Made by a program: the position numbers and the translations under genes. This document shows, piece by piece, positions 12,793-24,665 of a DNA stretch of 64,000 bases. The stretch is from Entomortierella parvispora E1425. Lineage: Eukaryota > Fungi > Mortierellomycota. Numbering within the stretch: the stretch's first letter is position 1; each line of letters begins with the position of its first letter. The notes under the pieces were generated by a model. It was given only the letters and a program-made list of their open reading frames with translations. It had not been told where the DNA came from and ran no database searches. The stretch is from the NCBI GenBank assembly GCA_020891255.1, contig BQFW01000016.1, forward strand, positions 1-64,000. Reading direction: 5' to 3'.

Positions 12793-13741
12793 ATGGAAAA
12801 GATGAAAGAGATGCCCAACCCAATTGGACCTCTTTCTCTTCTCTCCATCTCTCCATTCCTCCATCCACCCACCCACCCCCACCAACAACAGCACTCCCAC
12901 CATGAACCGCCACGCTGCCCCCAGCACTCCCCAGTGAGCTTCAAGACAGTTGTCCAAACCCCCAAGAAGGTCACCATCGACGACTTTGTTGGCGAGAATG
13001 GCCTGGTTCCCTTAACACAGGCCCACAGCCACCTTAAGGGCTCCATGATGAGTCCTAGACCCATGAACCTCCGCCCCCGCCAGAGGCGGGCCTCCCCCAC
13101 CCACACCGTCTTCGGCGGGTCCGATGACGAGGGCAGGGGAGCGAGGACTCAAGGAGGACAACCACCAAGATGACGACGCCGAGATAACGGACCCTCCCTC
13201 GGGACAGGAGGACGAGACGGGGCAAGGCCATCACGTTGCTGACACCACGTACGTGGCTGATGCGGACGATGAGGCTACCCAACCATTGCCGGCGCTCGAG
13301 CAAGAACAAGACCTGTTGGAGATGGTGCCACAGAGCCCGCTGGAGACAATGGGGGGTGGACTCCCCCCCCTGTCACAGGCAGCGACTGGCACTGTCGACC
13401 AGGCGCCCGTGGTTGACGTTCACCAACCACAAGACGCCCCAACCCCTATGCATCCGAGGCAATATACCCAGGCCCTGGAGACCTTCGTTCAGACTCTCCA
13501 AAGGCGCTTCGAGTATGTCGAAGCGCGCCTCAGAATACCCGAGCAAGCCCAAGTAGGCGAACATTCGGCGATGCAAGGCTTGGATGACCTGGAGGACCAG
13601 TTCATGGATTTGAGTGATCAGATCTCTCATCACCTCTTCCGCCTCAGGCCACAGGCCCATCCCAAGCCCAAGCGTGCCCACTCCCGCCCCAAACCATACC
13701 ACTCCGCCCGCCTCAGGCGTGGCCCCCAAATAACCCCGTAA
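12793..13741 (+). CDS. Hypothetical protein with an acidic disordered region, predicted coiled coil and basic tail; probably one gene with a frameshift near 13150
   Basis: Overlapping ORFs 12793-13173 and 13124-13741; heptad-like YTQALETFVQTLQRRFEYVEARL and LDDLEDQFMDLSDQI; no recognisable family. Confidence 0.45.
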
Positions 13742-13775
13742 ACCATCAAGCATTGAGCCGACTGGCATACCCCAT

Positions 13776-13848
13776 TAAAAACCCTAAAAAACCCTAAAAA
13801 ACCCTAAAAAAACCCTAAAAAACCCTAAAAAACCCTAAAAACCCTAAA
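13776..13848 (+). repeat. Internal telomere-like array (CCCTAAAAAA)x7, i.e. T6AG3
   Basis: CCCT starts at 13782, 13792, 13802, 13813, 13823, 13833 and 13842; decays rightwards into CTAAACTAAACCTTAATTTTAGGGTTT. Confidence 0.8.
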
Positions 13849-15564
13849 CTAAACCTTAATTTTAGGGTTTATAAGCCCTAAACTCGCCTATTTATACAGT
13901 TTAACGATGTCCTGGAGTGTCTGTGCATCGTTTGCTCTATTCAGACTGACCGTACGATGCGTTTTCTGTTATTTCCTAAAAAGGAAATGTGTAGATGTTT
14001 GGTGGCTTAGACTTTCTGGACTATTAGGTGTTCCTTTTGTTTACTTTTGCTCCCGGGTTCGAATTCGGCTTCGGCCTCGCTTTTCTGAAGATAAAAAAAC
14101 AAGGTGTTTTTTTCCTTCGTAGAGATATGAGATACGGTGCATTAGAGAGCTCTCCTCATAAGTATTCTATCAAGCCAACAAAATCGTCAATCCATAAGGT
14201 GGATCTTGAGCTATCGCATTTTTTAATCTCGTTTTTTATGAAAATCGAACGTTTGTTTCTTGACATCTACGGTGATGACCAAGCTGATTTTCATATGAGA
14301 AGGTGCCTATTCATCAGAGGTCTATTATTTATGAAGAAAAACTGGCGAGTGACAAGGTGGTTGATGTGTAATTGCTGAAAAAAAATTGTCTCTTAAGTTG
14401 GAGGAGTGAAGTGGTGACAGGAGCCGAGAGCTAGCTACTTACGACACTTCGTAGCTGCATTTCACGAAGTACGAGAAGGGAAAAGAGCAAAGTCTGCAGT
14501 TTGGGGTGAGAGAACGAATGCTGGTCGCCTTAAAGGACAATCCACTAGTTACAGGAGACCGAGCGTGAACCGTACACATGCTTGCTCTCTCGAGACTTCA
14601 GCGAGAAACTTGCAGCTCTCTCAAACAGTTCTTACTCTCCTCATCGTGCATGTAGACAAGAACATCAGCTCGTGCAGTTGTCACGTAGTTTTTTTTATTA
14701 AAAATTGTACACGCTAGACAAAAGTAGGATCAAGAGGGCAGAGACGAGGAACACATGAGACTGCGGTAACTTTGCCCTGGAACCGTCTCGTTCCTCGCTA
14801 CTGCATGCTCTGCCTGTGGGCCAGAGAAATCTAGCAGTTGATGGTAGAGATGACTTACCTGAGAAGTGCGCGCGCCTGAATTACGGACTTCATGTTTCCT
14901 GCATGCATCTCGTTTGTCGCATGTCCACTCTGGTTCATGGCTAGATTGAATGAGATTATTAGATGTCAAAGAGGTTGTGGTTGACGATAAAAGGAAGGAG
15001 TAGTAGCGAGCAACGCGTGAGAAAGGAAGGAGAAAGCGAGAGAAAACGCGCCCAAGCTTGCGATAGCACGAAGAGAAGAGAGCGAAAACAGAAACAGGCG
15101 CACAAAAGACCCGCTGATGTTTGATGCAAGAGTCGAGTTGGATGCATTGGGTCGGTTGAGACGGCGGCTGCAAAAGGTGAAAGAGTTGAGATGGATGCAT
15201 TGGGTCGGTTGAGACGGCGGCTGCAAAAGGTGAAAGAGTTGAGTTGGATTCACGAGAGGAGAAGGATGCACGAGATGAGAGATGAGAGATGCAACAGAGA
15301 AAAGAGATACAAAAAGGAAAAGGGATGCAGGAGACGAGAAATGCAAGAGAGGAGAAAGATTCAAAAAAGAAGACGGATGCAAGAGACGGGAGGACAGGGG
15401 AAGGATGCAAGAGTCGCGGAGAAAGGAAGGATGCAGGAATTGAAACGAGAGAGACGAGAGGAAAGGGATGCAAAAGTCGAGACGAAGAGGGATACAGCAG
15501 ACGAGAGGGAGGGATGCAAGAATTGTGGAATGCAGGAGACGAGAAGGTCGAAGGATTCAAGAGA

Positions 15565-15925
15565 CAAGATGGATGCAAGAGACAAGATGGATGCAAGAGG
15601 CGAGATGGATGCAAGAGGCGAGATGGATGCAGAGACAAGATGGATGCAAGGGATGAGATGGATGCAAGGACGAGACGGATGGAAGGGACGAGATGGATGC
15701 AAGGGATGAGACGGATGCAAGGGATGAGACGGATGCAAGGGATGAGATGGATGCAAGGGATGAGATGGATGCAAGGGGGAAGATGGATGCAAGGGAGGAG
15801 ACGGATGCAAGGGATGAGATGGATGCAAGGGGTAAGATGGATGCAAGGGGCGAGGTGGATGTAAGGGAGGAGATGGATGCAAGAGACAAGATGAAAGCAA
15901 GAGACGAGATGGATGCAAGGGACGA
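15565..15925. repeat. 18-bp minisatellite (GATGGATGCAAGGGATGA and variants), about 20 copies, inside a GA-rich low-complexity block (about 15100-17050)
   Basis: Directly visible; explains the repetitive ORFs 14730-16496, 15289-15864 and 15693-15944. Confidence 0.92.
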
Positions 15926-18900
15926 GAGGGAGAGGACGGGGTGAATGCAAGAGATGTTGAGAGATGGCTAGAGACGGGAGGGAGACAGACGGAGAACAAG
16001 ATACAAGTTCAAGGACGCTCCATCCAACAAACAACAACCGCCCCGCTTCTGGCCTCTTTTTTTTTCTTTTTTTTTTCTTGGCAAAAAGAGACTGAAAGGC
16101 TGCACTTCCCCCATCCAAAAGAACAATGGTCTTGGGGGGGAAGAGGACAGGAGGAAAGAGAAGAGGAGGGACAAGAGACAAGAGAAGATGAGGGACAAGA
16201 GGGAGGAGTAGAGGAAGAACAAGAGGAAAGAGAAGAAGAGGGGCAAGAGAAGAGGAGGGACAAGAGACAACACAAGGGACAAGAGGCAAGAGAAGAGGAG
16301 GGACAAGAGGTAAAGACAGGACAAGAGCTCGGACAAGAGGAGCGAGGAGAAGGAAAAAGAAGCGACGGAAGGGGGACATGACGGGAGTGATGGACACAGG
16401 GCGTCTTTCCGTCTGGCGGCCCGCCCGCAAGCGGATCCAGCGCGGATCCAACAACAGCTGAGACAAAAAAGGCAAAGTTCGATCAGTCTCGTCCACGCGG
16501 AGGATCCCTGATTTTTAATTAGTTTTTTTTTGTTGGCGCCAACAGCAGCATACCAAGACTTCATATCATTCATACTTTGAGTGGACAGGCATAACCTGTG
16601 GGGATGCAGACAGGGCTGTCACAATCCCACAGAGGAAGAGCGAGAAGGGCAAGAGGGGAGAGATCAAGCTGACATAAGAAAACCAGGGAGGAAAGAAAAG
16701 AAACGATCAAGACTGGCGAACAAGAGGGAAAAGAAGAAAAAAGACGATCAAGGAGGAAGAGAAGAAAGGAAAGAAGGGAGAGACAAGAAGATAGGGACAG
16801 TTGAATTCAACAGACGAAAAAGTGATGCAAGAGAGGGGAAGACCAGACAAGCTTAGCGTAAAGGAGAAGACATCAGCGAAGGAAAAGAAGAGAAAGATTG
16901 ACGAACAAGGAGGAAGAAAACAGAGAAGGAAAGAAGAGAAGAGAGGGAAGAGAGGAGAGGAACAAGAAGTAAGGGAAGGGAAGGGAAGAGAGGGACAAGA
17001 GAGAGAAGAGGAGAGAGGGAGGAGAAGAGGGGAAAAAACCGTCAACAGCTGTGTTCTGCAGGAACGATGATCCGTCCACGAGGAAAAGACAAACATAAAA
17101 AACTTTTTTTTTTTTGGCAGCTGCTGCCAAGTGCTCCTCCTCCTCCTCCTCCTCCCTTTGGGTGGGCAAGTGCGCCGCACTGTGGGAATGCAGGAAGGGT
17201 TGCCTCAAGCAGTCGAGATCATGAGCAGAGTATTTGTCAACGCGACAGTTTTTTGCCCCGAATGCATCACACGTCCGTTCCTGCTGGGTAAGCTAATTCT
17301 AAGTTAAGCAGCGGTACCATAATCATCAAAGGGAGGGATGGAGGTACGTTTGGGTGTTCGGTGTAAGCGATCCAGTAGAGGGAACCTGTGGAAGGCGGAT
17401 GAATGCTGGGGCCATGTCTGCCTTGCCACCTTGCCCTTTCGCCGTCAGAAGACTGTTCCACCAAATGTGCCAGCATTGCTCCACCAAGGTGCCTTGTGGA
17501 CATGAGTTGAGCTTTTGACTGCCAGTATCCTTTTTGGTGTGATCCGTCTTATTCCAAAAAAAATCTGTCAAGCCGAGCCGCTGCATGTCGTTGCATGTTG
17601 TTACATCTCGACTTCATCCCAGTCCCTCCGTTCAAGCTGATTCTAAAACCCACTTGTGGATCGTGGTCCTTACGCGTGGGGTGGACTTTGTTACCCCTGT
17701 TCCAGTCGTCTCCCATGGTTGCTGGCTGCATTCCATCCAGGAAGCTCATTGCATGCCGTGGCACTTCAATTCCATTCTGGAACCCTGCGTCAAGTTAAAC
17801 TGCTCGATCCCCTCCAATTCGTCCCGGGACTGGGGGGGGGGGAGAGAGAGAGAGAGTCTCTTACAGCTCGCCCTCCTGTGAGTCTTGGGTCCATGAGGCG
17901 AGTGGTGGCCCTGTTGCTACCTGCGTCCTATTCCGCCAAGCTCTTTTGCATGTTGCTTCCTGTCAACTTCATTCCATTTGACTTCTATCCGATTCAACAC
18001 TGGGTTCATCTCGGATACATCACACGCCTGCAACAGGCCCAATTAGCAGTGGGCCAACTCCAAGAACAGGAAAAGTCGATGCCAGTCGACATATTATTAT
18101 TGAATGCGAGGCCGATTCCGGATGCCCATTCCGGATCGAATCTCAAATCTCGAACATTTGAGGACACCTGCTGCTGTGGACTCAAGCTACATGGCGTGAA
18201 AGCCATATTATTTGCATGCGCTAGAGCCAATCTGTAGAAAAGACCGCTGTTGGAAACCCTGGATGCACGGTGTGAAACCCAAATTTTTACATGCTCTAGA
18301 ACAAATGTCCAGGTTCCTGATGGCATCATCAGATGGCTGCAACTGAGGACTATTATGAGCCAAGGTACCAGGATCCCAGGAGCTGTGTGTCAATCCTCGG
18401 GCACAACAGACAAGGGACTAGAGACAGCGGCTGGGACCAACAACATCTGCGACAAACGAGCCCGATCGGTCCAAGCGGACAACAAAAAAAAACGATGACA
18501 GGTTCTTTTTTTTTTTTTTTTTTTTTTTGGAGGTAGCCGCTGCAAAGTGCGCATCCCAAGATCAGATCACCCCTCGCCTGGGAAGTGGACATGCACAACC
18601 TGTGGTTAAGCAGTCAGGGCTGCCACAAAGGGAGGAGAGGGAGGAGAGAGGGAAGAGGAGCACAGACAAAATCAGAAGGACTCAGGGGTAATCTGCAGCG
18701 GGAGGGAAAAAAACAAGGACAGAGACATGGGCAAGGCCTGTTCTTTTTTCTGCTTCCTCGACCGTTCCATCTCATCTCCTACCTCGCTCTTCCATCTTGC
18801 AACCTGCATCCATGCCATGCGCTTGCCTTCCATCGCTCTTGCGCCGTCCATCTTGTCGTCTCCATCTTTCTCGACTCTTACATCCTCTCCGTCCTTTGTG

Positions 18901-19174
18901 TCCATCTCATCTCTTTCATCGTCAATGTCAATGTGTTGCTCTTCTCTCCTATTGCATCCCTCAACTCCCTCCTCCGCACCATCTCTTTGAAAGGCCGACG
19001 TGAGGAAGACAATTGAGTGTATACCGAGGCAATAATGAACGGAGTCGATTCAGTTTAGCTTGTTTGGTTTGGAGAAGCAAGATGTGCAGCACTGAAAAAA
19101 AACAACCAAGGTTGGCCTAATCCCTCCCATGCTCGTGAGGAAGAGTGACTACGGTCCGTTTAATTAGGATTGTT

Positions 19175-19620
19175 CGCAATTTTTATTTCTCATTGGTGGG
19201 TGACAGCTCGATGAGAACTGGTTCAATCCTTTTCCCCAGAGCTGGGTTGGATGGGCACCATCAACGAGAGTGTATGGTACAGCAAATCTCAGATCTTTCT
19301 GTGTAAATTGGGGGCCCCTTATGTTACTGTGCTAGACCCATGTAAAATAAGCTATTTTTTTTCTCTTGGGTGGATCATAGCTCAACGAGTAATGGAGCAG
19401 TCTCCTTCCCATTAGCTTCGTTGGAGGGGCACTATCAAGGACGGTGTATGGTACTGGTTGTAGAACTGTGGGCTCTGCATAGCAAGAGCAATGGTGATGC
19501 ATGTGTTTTTGCTTGCCCCTGATGGACAGATGTATAATTGTGCGAATTGAGTACCCCTTAAATGACTGTGCTGGACCGATGCGCTTTTTAATCTCGGATG
19601 ATCATAGCTCAGATGCATTC
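19175..19620 (+). repeat. ~250-bp unit family, cluster A (one full unit at 19323-19561 plus two partial units)
   Basis: Starts ..CTGTGCTAGACCCATGTAAAATAAGCTATTTTT, contains GTTGTAGAAC and GCAATGGTGATGCATGTG, and ends GAATTGAGTACCCC-TTAA. Confidence 0.85.
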
Positions 19621-21706
19621 TTGGGTGCATTGTGGAAAATCTGATCCAGGTATTCCAAGAATGCTGGATCCTTGCCAGACGCCTTCAACTCAGTGTCCAC
19701 CGCCTCAATGACCATGTGAATACCATCAGGCTGAGGTCACAGTTTGCACAAGGACTTGTCCACAAAGTCCGCCTGATCCTTGCCTGCAAAGGATATTTTC
19801 CCGCCGTGAACATGATAGGCCAAAACCACTCTGCAGAGAAGCTGGACCATGTTACCAAATTTATCATTCGCAAGAATAGAACGCACTCCTCTGCGAAGTC
19901 CTTCCAATATATGTTCGATGGACTTGTCGATGGCAGCGTCGAGCACGGCTTCCTTCTTGTCCCCTGGAGACGAAGGCATGGTGAGGCGGTTGACTGCATC
20001 AACAACAAACCGTGCTCGTCCTGACAATCTGCGGCGCTTCGCTTCCGGGATGACACAGCCTTCCATATCAACTTGATCCGAGAGCATCCCAGAGACCTCA
20101 TTTTTGTCTAAGCGAGGGAAGTTCGTGATTTTGGAGTCGTTGGTCTGCATGACAACAGCAGAGTACACATGGTCTGCATTCTGTAGCGAGAAAGCCGTTC
20201 CAAGGACCACCAACGTGGCTTGAAAGTTGCAGAGCGTTGCAGATAACGGGGTAAGAACGCCACAAAGACACTCGGAACGGATCTGGTTACTGTCGTCAAA
20301 GAGTGTATTCCTGTTCTTGAGAGCGGACGGAGAGATGAGCTTCTTCTGCAAAATCAAATTCGCTGCCACCTTCGCTTCATCCAGAGCAATCACGACTTCA
20401 AGATCCCTGAGAAGAAGGTGACGTCGGATGTTGAACTGGACATGTCCGAGCACTGCACCTATTGTGCTGTTGCCGTACGTCTTCAGGTTGCGGACCTGGT
20501 TACCAATGGTCATGGAGCCGTCGTCAGTAACTTGCTCATGGAAGAAATCCCGAGGCTCGAGAGCAGGTCGAAGTTGAGGAGAGAGAGAAGGAAAAGCTGC
20601 CTGGCAAGGAATTCAATCTCCACGCGCGCTCCCCTGCCAAGGCTTTGACTTCTGAATCGGTATCCACTGCATCCTGCCAATCTCCTTGATTCTTGTGAAT
20701 GACGGCCCGTTACATACTCTCGATATCCTTTGCAAGCGTGATAAAGTTTGGATCCGTGAATCCAGACGAGATGGTTGGGCTTGCAATACTACAGACAGCA
20801 TAATCACGAAGTGCCTAGCTGCTAGGTCGATCACTGTGGCAGTCTTTCCTGAGCCATTATGGCTACCATCGCTACCAACCGAAGATCGGTTGATCTGCCA
20901 ACGTCCTTCTCTACAATCTCACGGAGAGTTTCGCCGTCGCTTGTCTTTGCCTCCTTGTCCAACTCAAGCCCTAACATCACCAGTCTCATGTTCTCCGCTT
21001 TTTCGTGGTAAGGTAGAGGCCTATTGTAAAACCAACCCAATACTCTTCGTTGGGTCGCTTCTGCATCCTTGGCGCTGATACCTTTGGTCGTGTTGTGATG
21101 GTCCACGCCTCTGAGTATGTCTTTAACCTCTGCTTCGATGCGTTCCTGGGGAATGAAAATGGATGGGATGGGCGTGCCTGCGTAATTGAAGAGAAAATGT
21201 CAGAAAATGCAACCAGGATTTCTCTCAAAGCATAATGAGCCGAGTTGCTGGGACTTACCAGGGCGCGAAAAATCTCGGGAATTGCGAGGATGAGAGGGAT
21301 CAGGAGCTGTGTCGGAGAAAGACGTGAACAGAGACAAGGTTAGAACAACGAACAGGCTCACAAGGAAGCACAATTGAATGACAATCATTACCTGGTCGCT
21401 GGACAATGATGCTAATTGTTTTCTTGGGCGGCTGAACCTCAAAGACATCAGAGACGTCGTCTGTTGGGTCGAGTTCTGTCGCAGAGTCCCACCCGCTCAG
21501 CTTGCGGTCTTGCAGTGGGCCCAGAGGGATCGCGACAGACCAGAGGGTGATGTCCTTGGCAGCGATTTCCTTGAATGCAGGGGCTTGGTCTCCCTTGACG
21601 ATGAGATTCTTGAGGTCATCGATTGTGTCATTTGGTTAATCTTGACTGAGAACGGGTTTGATTCGCGTTCGATGACGCAGAACAGATTGAGGAGACTGTT
21701 GGTCAT
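19620..21706 (-). pseudogene. Crinkler (CRN)-family gene 1: ubiquitin-like N-terminal header plus NTPase-like body; frameshifted, premature stop, 3'-truncated
   Basis: MTNSLLNLFCVIERESNPFSVKI..DTIDDLKNLI..KDITLWSV..TISIIVQRP followed by a GTAATG intron; body VIALDEAKVA, TLVVLGTAFSL, RLSGRARF; TGA at LCKL*PQPDG. Confidence 0.85.
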
Positions 21707-21790
21707 TTGTGTTGTGAAGCATGAGAAGAGTGGCTATGTGGCGGAAGAAGTTGAGAGTCGAAGTAAGGAAGGGAAATGTCGAACGAAGAA

Positions 21791-21807
21791 ATAATTCGGT
21801 GACGTCA
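21791..21807 (-). promoter_or_regulatory. Conserved motif TGACGTCACCGAATTAT (CRE-like core) 85 bp upstream of the CRN1 start
   Basis: Exact 17-bp match at 33306-33322, 15-bp match at 45059-45073, and an 11-bp core in both MULE TIRs. Confidence 0.5.
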
Positions 21808-22323
21808 TTTTTTTGGCGAGCGGACGCCATGGTGCTGCGCGCATTTTCCTCCATTTTCCATGCTCCCCTCCTCTGTACCATACTCCCCTTCTGACCTTTG
21901 ACAAGACAAACTTTTGCACCAATCTCCTGCTTTTCTAGCGTCATCTTCCAATCAAACTCTCATATACATCCTCTGTTCCTCGTCCTGGAGCTCTGACGCA
22001 GGTAATGGCCCCCTAGCATGCTAGTCAACAGGAATTTACGCATTGTGCACTGGTTCCTTCTTAGCGGTTCCTGTGTCAGTTCGCGACAGGAAGGCGGAAG
22101 GTGGAGTATGCTGTGCTGTGTCTACCGGCTTCGGTGATCATGACTTATCGATCCCCTGTTGTAGCTGGTTCTTTCTTAGCGGATCCTGTGTCAGTTCGCG
22201 GCAGGAAGGCGGAAAGTGGAGTCAAGGGAGATGATGTGCTATGGTCGGGTGACTGATTGGGCGTTTAAATCCTTGAGACAAACATCAAATCTTAGTAGCT
22301 CCTAACGTTCTTCATCTTCATTT

Positions 22324-24550
22324 ATGAGTATTGCTAGAACTAATTATACAGGATTAACCATCTCAGCAATGGAGTCAGACAACGAGCATGTACGCGATGG
22401 CAAGAATCGTCAAGAGTCGGTGCCATTGGAGGTCATCCGTTGGATCCAGCAAAGGACAACTCTCAACGAAGAAATATCTATGCCGATTTTTGCTGAGAAG
22501 TTTGAGTATTATCTTTCGCAGGATGCCCATCAAGCGTTCTTGAATGCCTTGAATTGCTCCGTTGTCCCCCAAAGTTTAAGAAGTGCCCTCCGTGACAAGT
22601 ATAACATCTGGCAACGTAACCAGGGTGATGCGTACTGGGCCTCTCGGTCGGCTATGTCTCAGATTGACATTTCAACTAGCAAAGCAGTGAAGGAAATCGT
22701 TGTGGGGAGCGACAGCATCAGGGAGCAACTTATTAGCCGCCATGTTGAAACAAAAGCGCTTTCCACACGAAGGCGATTAGTCGCAGAGGAGCTATCAGGG
22801 TCGACCGTAAACTCAACGGGTATGGCACTGTAACTGTGCGACTTGCTCTCTACTTCTTGCACTGACTTTATTCTCTGTTTATTAGTTAGCCGAAAGCGTC
22901 CATGCGATCTTTGGGAAAGGGATTATAAAAAGCAATTTGGTACGCTTACTCTTTGGTTTTAATTGAGTTCCACAAAACATAGAATGTGCTGACAACGATC
23001 TATAAATAGGCTACTCGTCGTCCTCCGTACGGACGCCACCATATCGACGTGGGTCAACGACTCCATCGCCCACAATCACCCCTCCAGCACGCCCCCGTTT
23101 TGACGATTCGAGTGATGATGGGAGCGAGACCATCACTTCTCAAATATATGATGTCTTTCAGGATGATACGCCGCCATCAGGAGCATCTCCAAATCTTGCA
23201 TGGATTCAAGAGAGGCCAGCATTTACTTTCAGACTGCAGCTTCAGAACGATTGGGGCCCAAAGGTGACTGAGCTTTACGATATTGCAAGAACCAAGGTTT
23301 CATTCAGTCATAAGAATTTGGATGAAATCTCGTAAGTATTCTCGTCATAATGGGTGACACAAGTAAGGAGAGGTACCTCTTTCGTGAGGCTCACTAGTTT
23401 TTTCTCTCCATAGGCTACTGACTGGAGTCCTGCACGTCAACGAAACTCACATCGGATTGAATTCGAACGACGTTGCTGCCATTCGAAGAGACATCCTTGC
23501 GCGATTTTACACACTCGAATTGCGAACAAAGGACATGCTGAGGGCTGAACATGCTGTTACGTTCTGGAGCTCTATAACACAGGTGTGTTACTTGATTTCT
23601 TTGTAATAGTTGCCAGTATTGATGTTAACCATATCTGCCCATTTTCCAATGAACAAATAGAAATGGAAATCGCTCAAACTGCAACACGATCTAGCCAAGG
23701 AGTTTGCAACTTCGGACTTGGCGGACTTCTCTATGCAGCCTGTTTTAGACATGATCATGGAGGCATATAACACTTGTAAAGATCAAGCGATTTTGCCAGT
23801 GCATGCAATAGCACAATATGTGTTCCGGCATTTAGATGACTGGGGAACACTTGAGAGCGAATCGGACGCCATGGCCTCTGTTGTCACTCCTATTCTCCAA
23901 GAGTTCTTGCGAGTCCCTGACCAAGTCAAGTTTAAATGGTAAGCTGATGCACACGTTCCGTTCCAGCATGGTCGTAAGCCAAGCCTAGCACCGTTTAACA
24001 CCCAATTGCATTTGACAGCCTTAATGCTTCTTGTACTGCTGGAAGGACTAGAAAGGCTGCATTGGATCAGGATGGACAAGCACGACAGCCAGATGTTGTT
24101 GGCCGAACTAAGGATATGCGAGAGGCCTACTATGGTGAACTGAAGGGACCCCACGCAAGATCGATTTCGAAAGATACTGATTTGCTTCGGCTAGCAGTCT
24201 TTACCAAGGACGCTCTCGATCTCTTTTGTAACAAATTAGAGCAAGATCCACCTATCCTGTCCTTTCAGTCTGTGGGCCGTTGTGTCACTTTCTTTCTGGG
24301 TGCAAAGGTGGATAACACTGTTGTGCATGCTCGTCTCTCAGAGATCCATCTACCATCTCGTTTGACAGAGCTGAACCTTGACCAGGAACAGTTCTACCAC
24401 CTATTTCAAGTGGAGACACTGGTACAGATCACAAGTCGTCGAATGCAGCGCAAAAGAGATAAACCCTTAAATCAAACTCCATTTCCTACACTGGGGACAC
24501 CACAACGTGATGCTGCCTTGGGAATAAAGCACAAGGTCAAGTATTGCTAA
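22324..24550 (+). CDS. Multi-exon protein with a C-terminal PD-(D/E)XK restriction-endonuclease-like domain (gene 1)
   Basis: Exon ORFs 22324-22833, 23718-23942 and 24062-24550 are separated by GT..AG introns; motif QPDVVGRTK..YYGELKG..DLLRLAVFTKDALD; N-terminus aligns by eye with the 45866-46290 gene. Exon structure is approximate. Confidence 0.7.
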
Positions 24551-24665
24551 ACCCAAACAAATAATAAAAGTAAGGAGTTTCAGCCACTTTCAGCCACTTT
24601 TCACCCGCTGCTCCTTGTGGATCTTGTGTAAAGACAGCAGGTGCTAGAGCCATGTAAACGAGAAC

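Noticed and set aside
14730-16496. 588-aa minus-strand ORF and overlapping repetitive ORFs
   Set aside because: They are stop-free readings of 18-bp and GA-rich tandem repeats that are open in several frames on both strands, with no domain content.
18281-18300. Reverse-orientation copy of the unit start motif (TTTTACATGCTCTAG)
   Set aside because: It has a one-base deletion and no flanking unit sequence, so it could be chance; not counted as a unit.
17200-18400. Coding potential of ORFs 17656-18237 and 18006-18329
   Set aside because: No recognisable motifs and conflicting strands; left unannotated.
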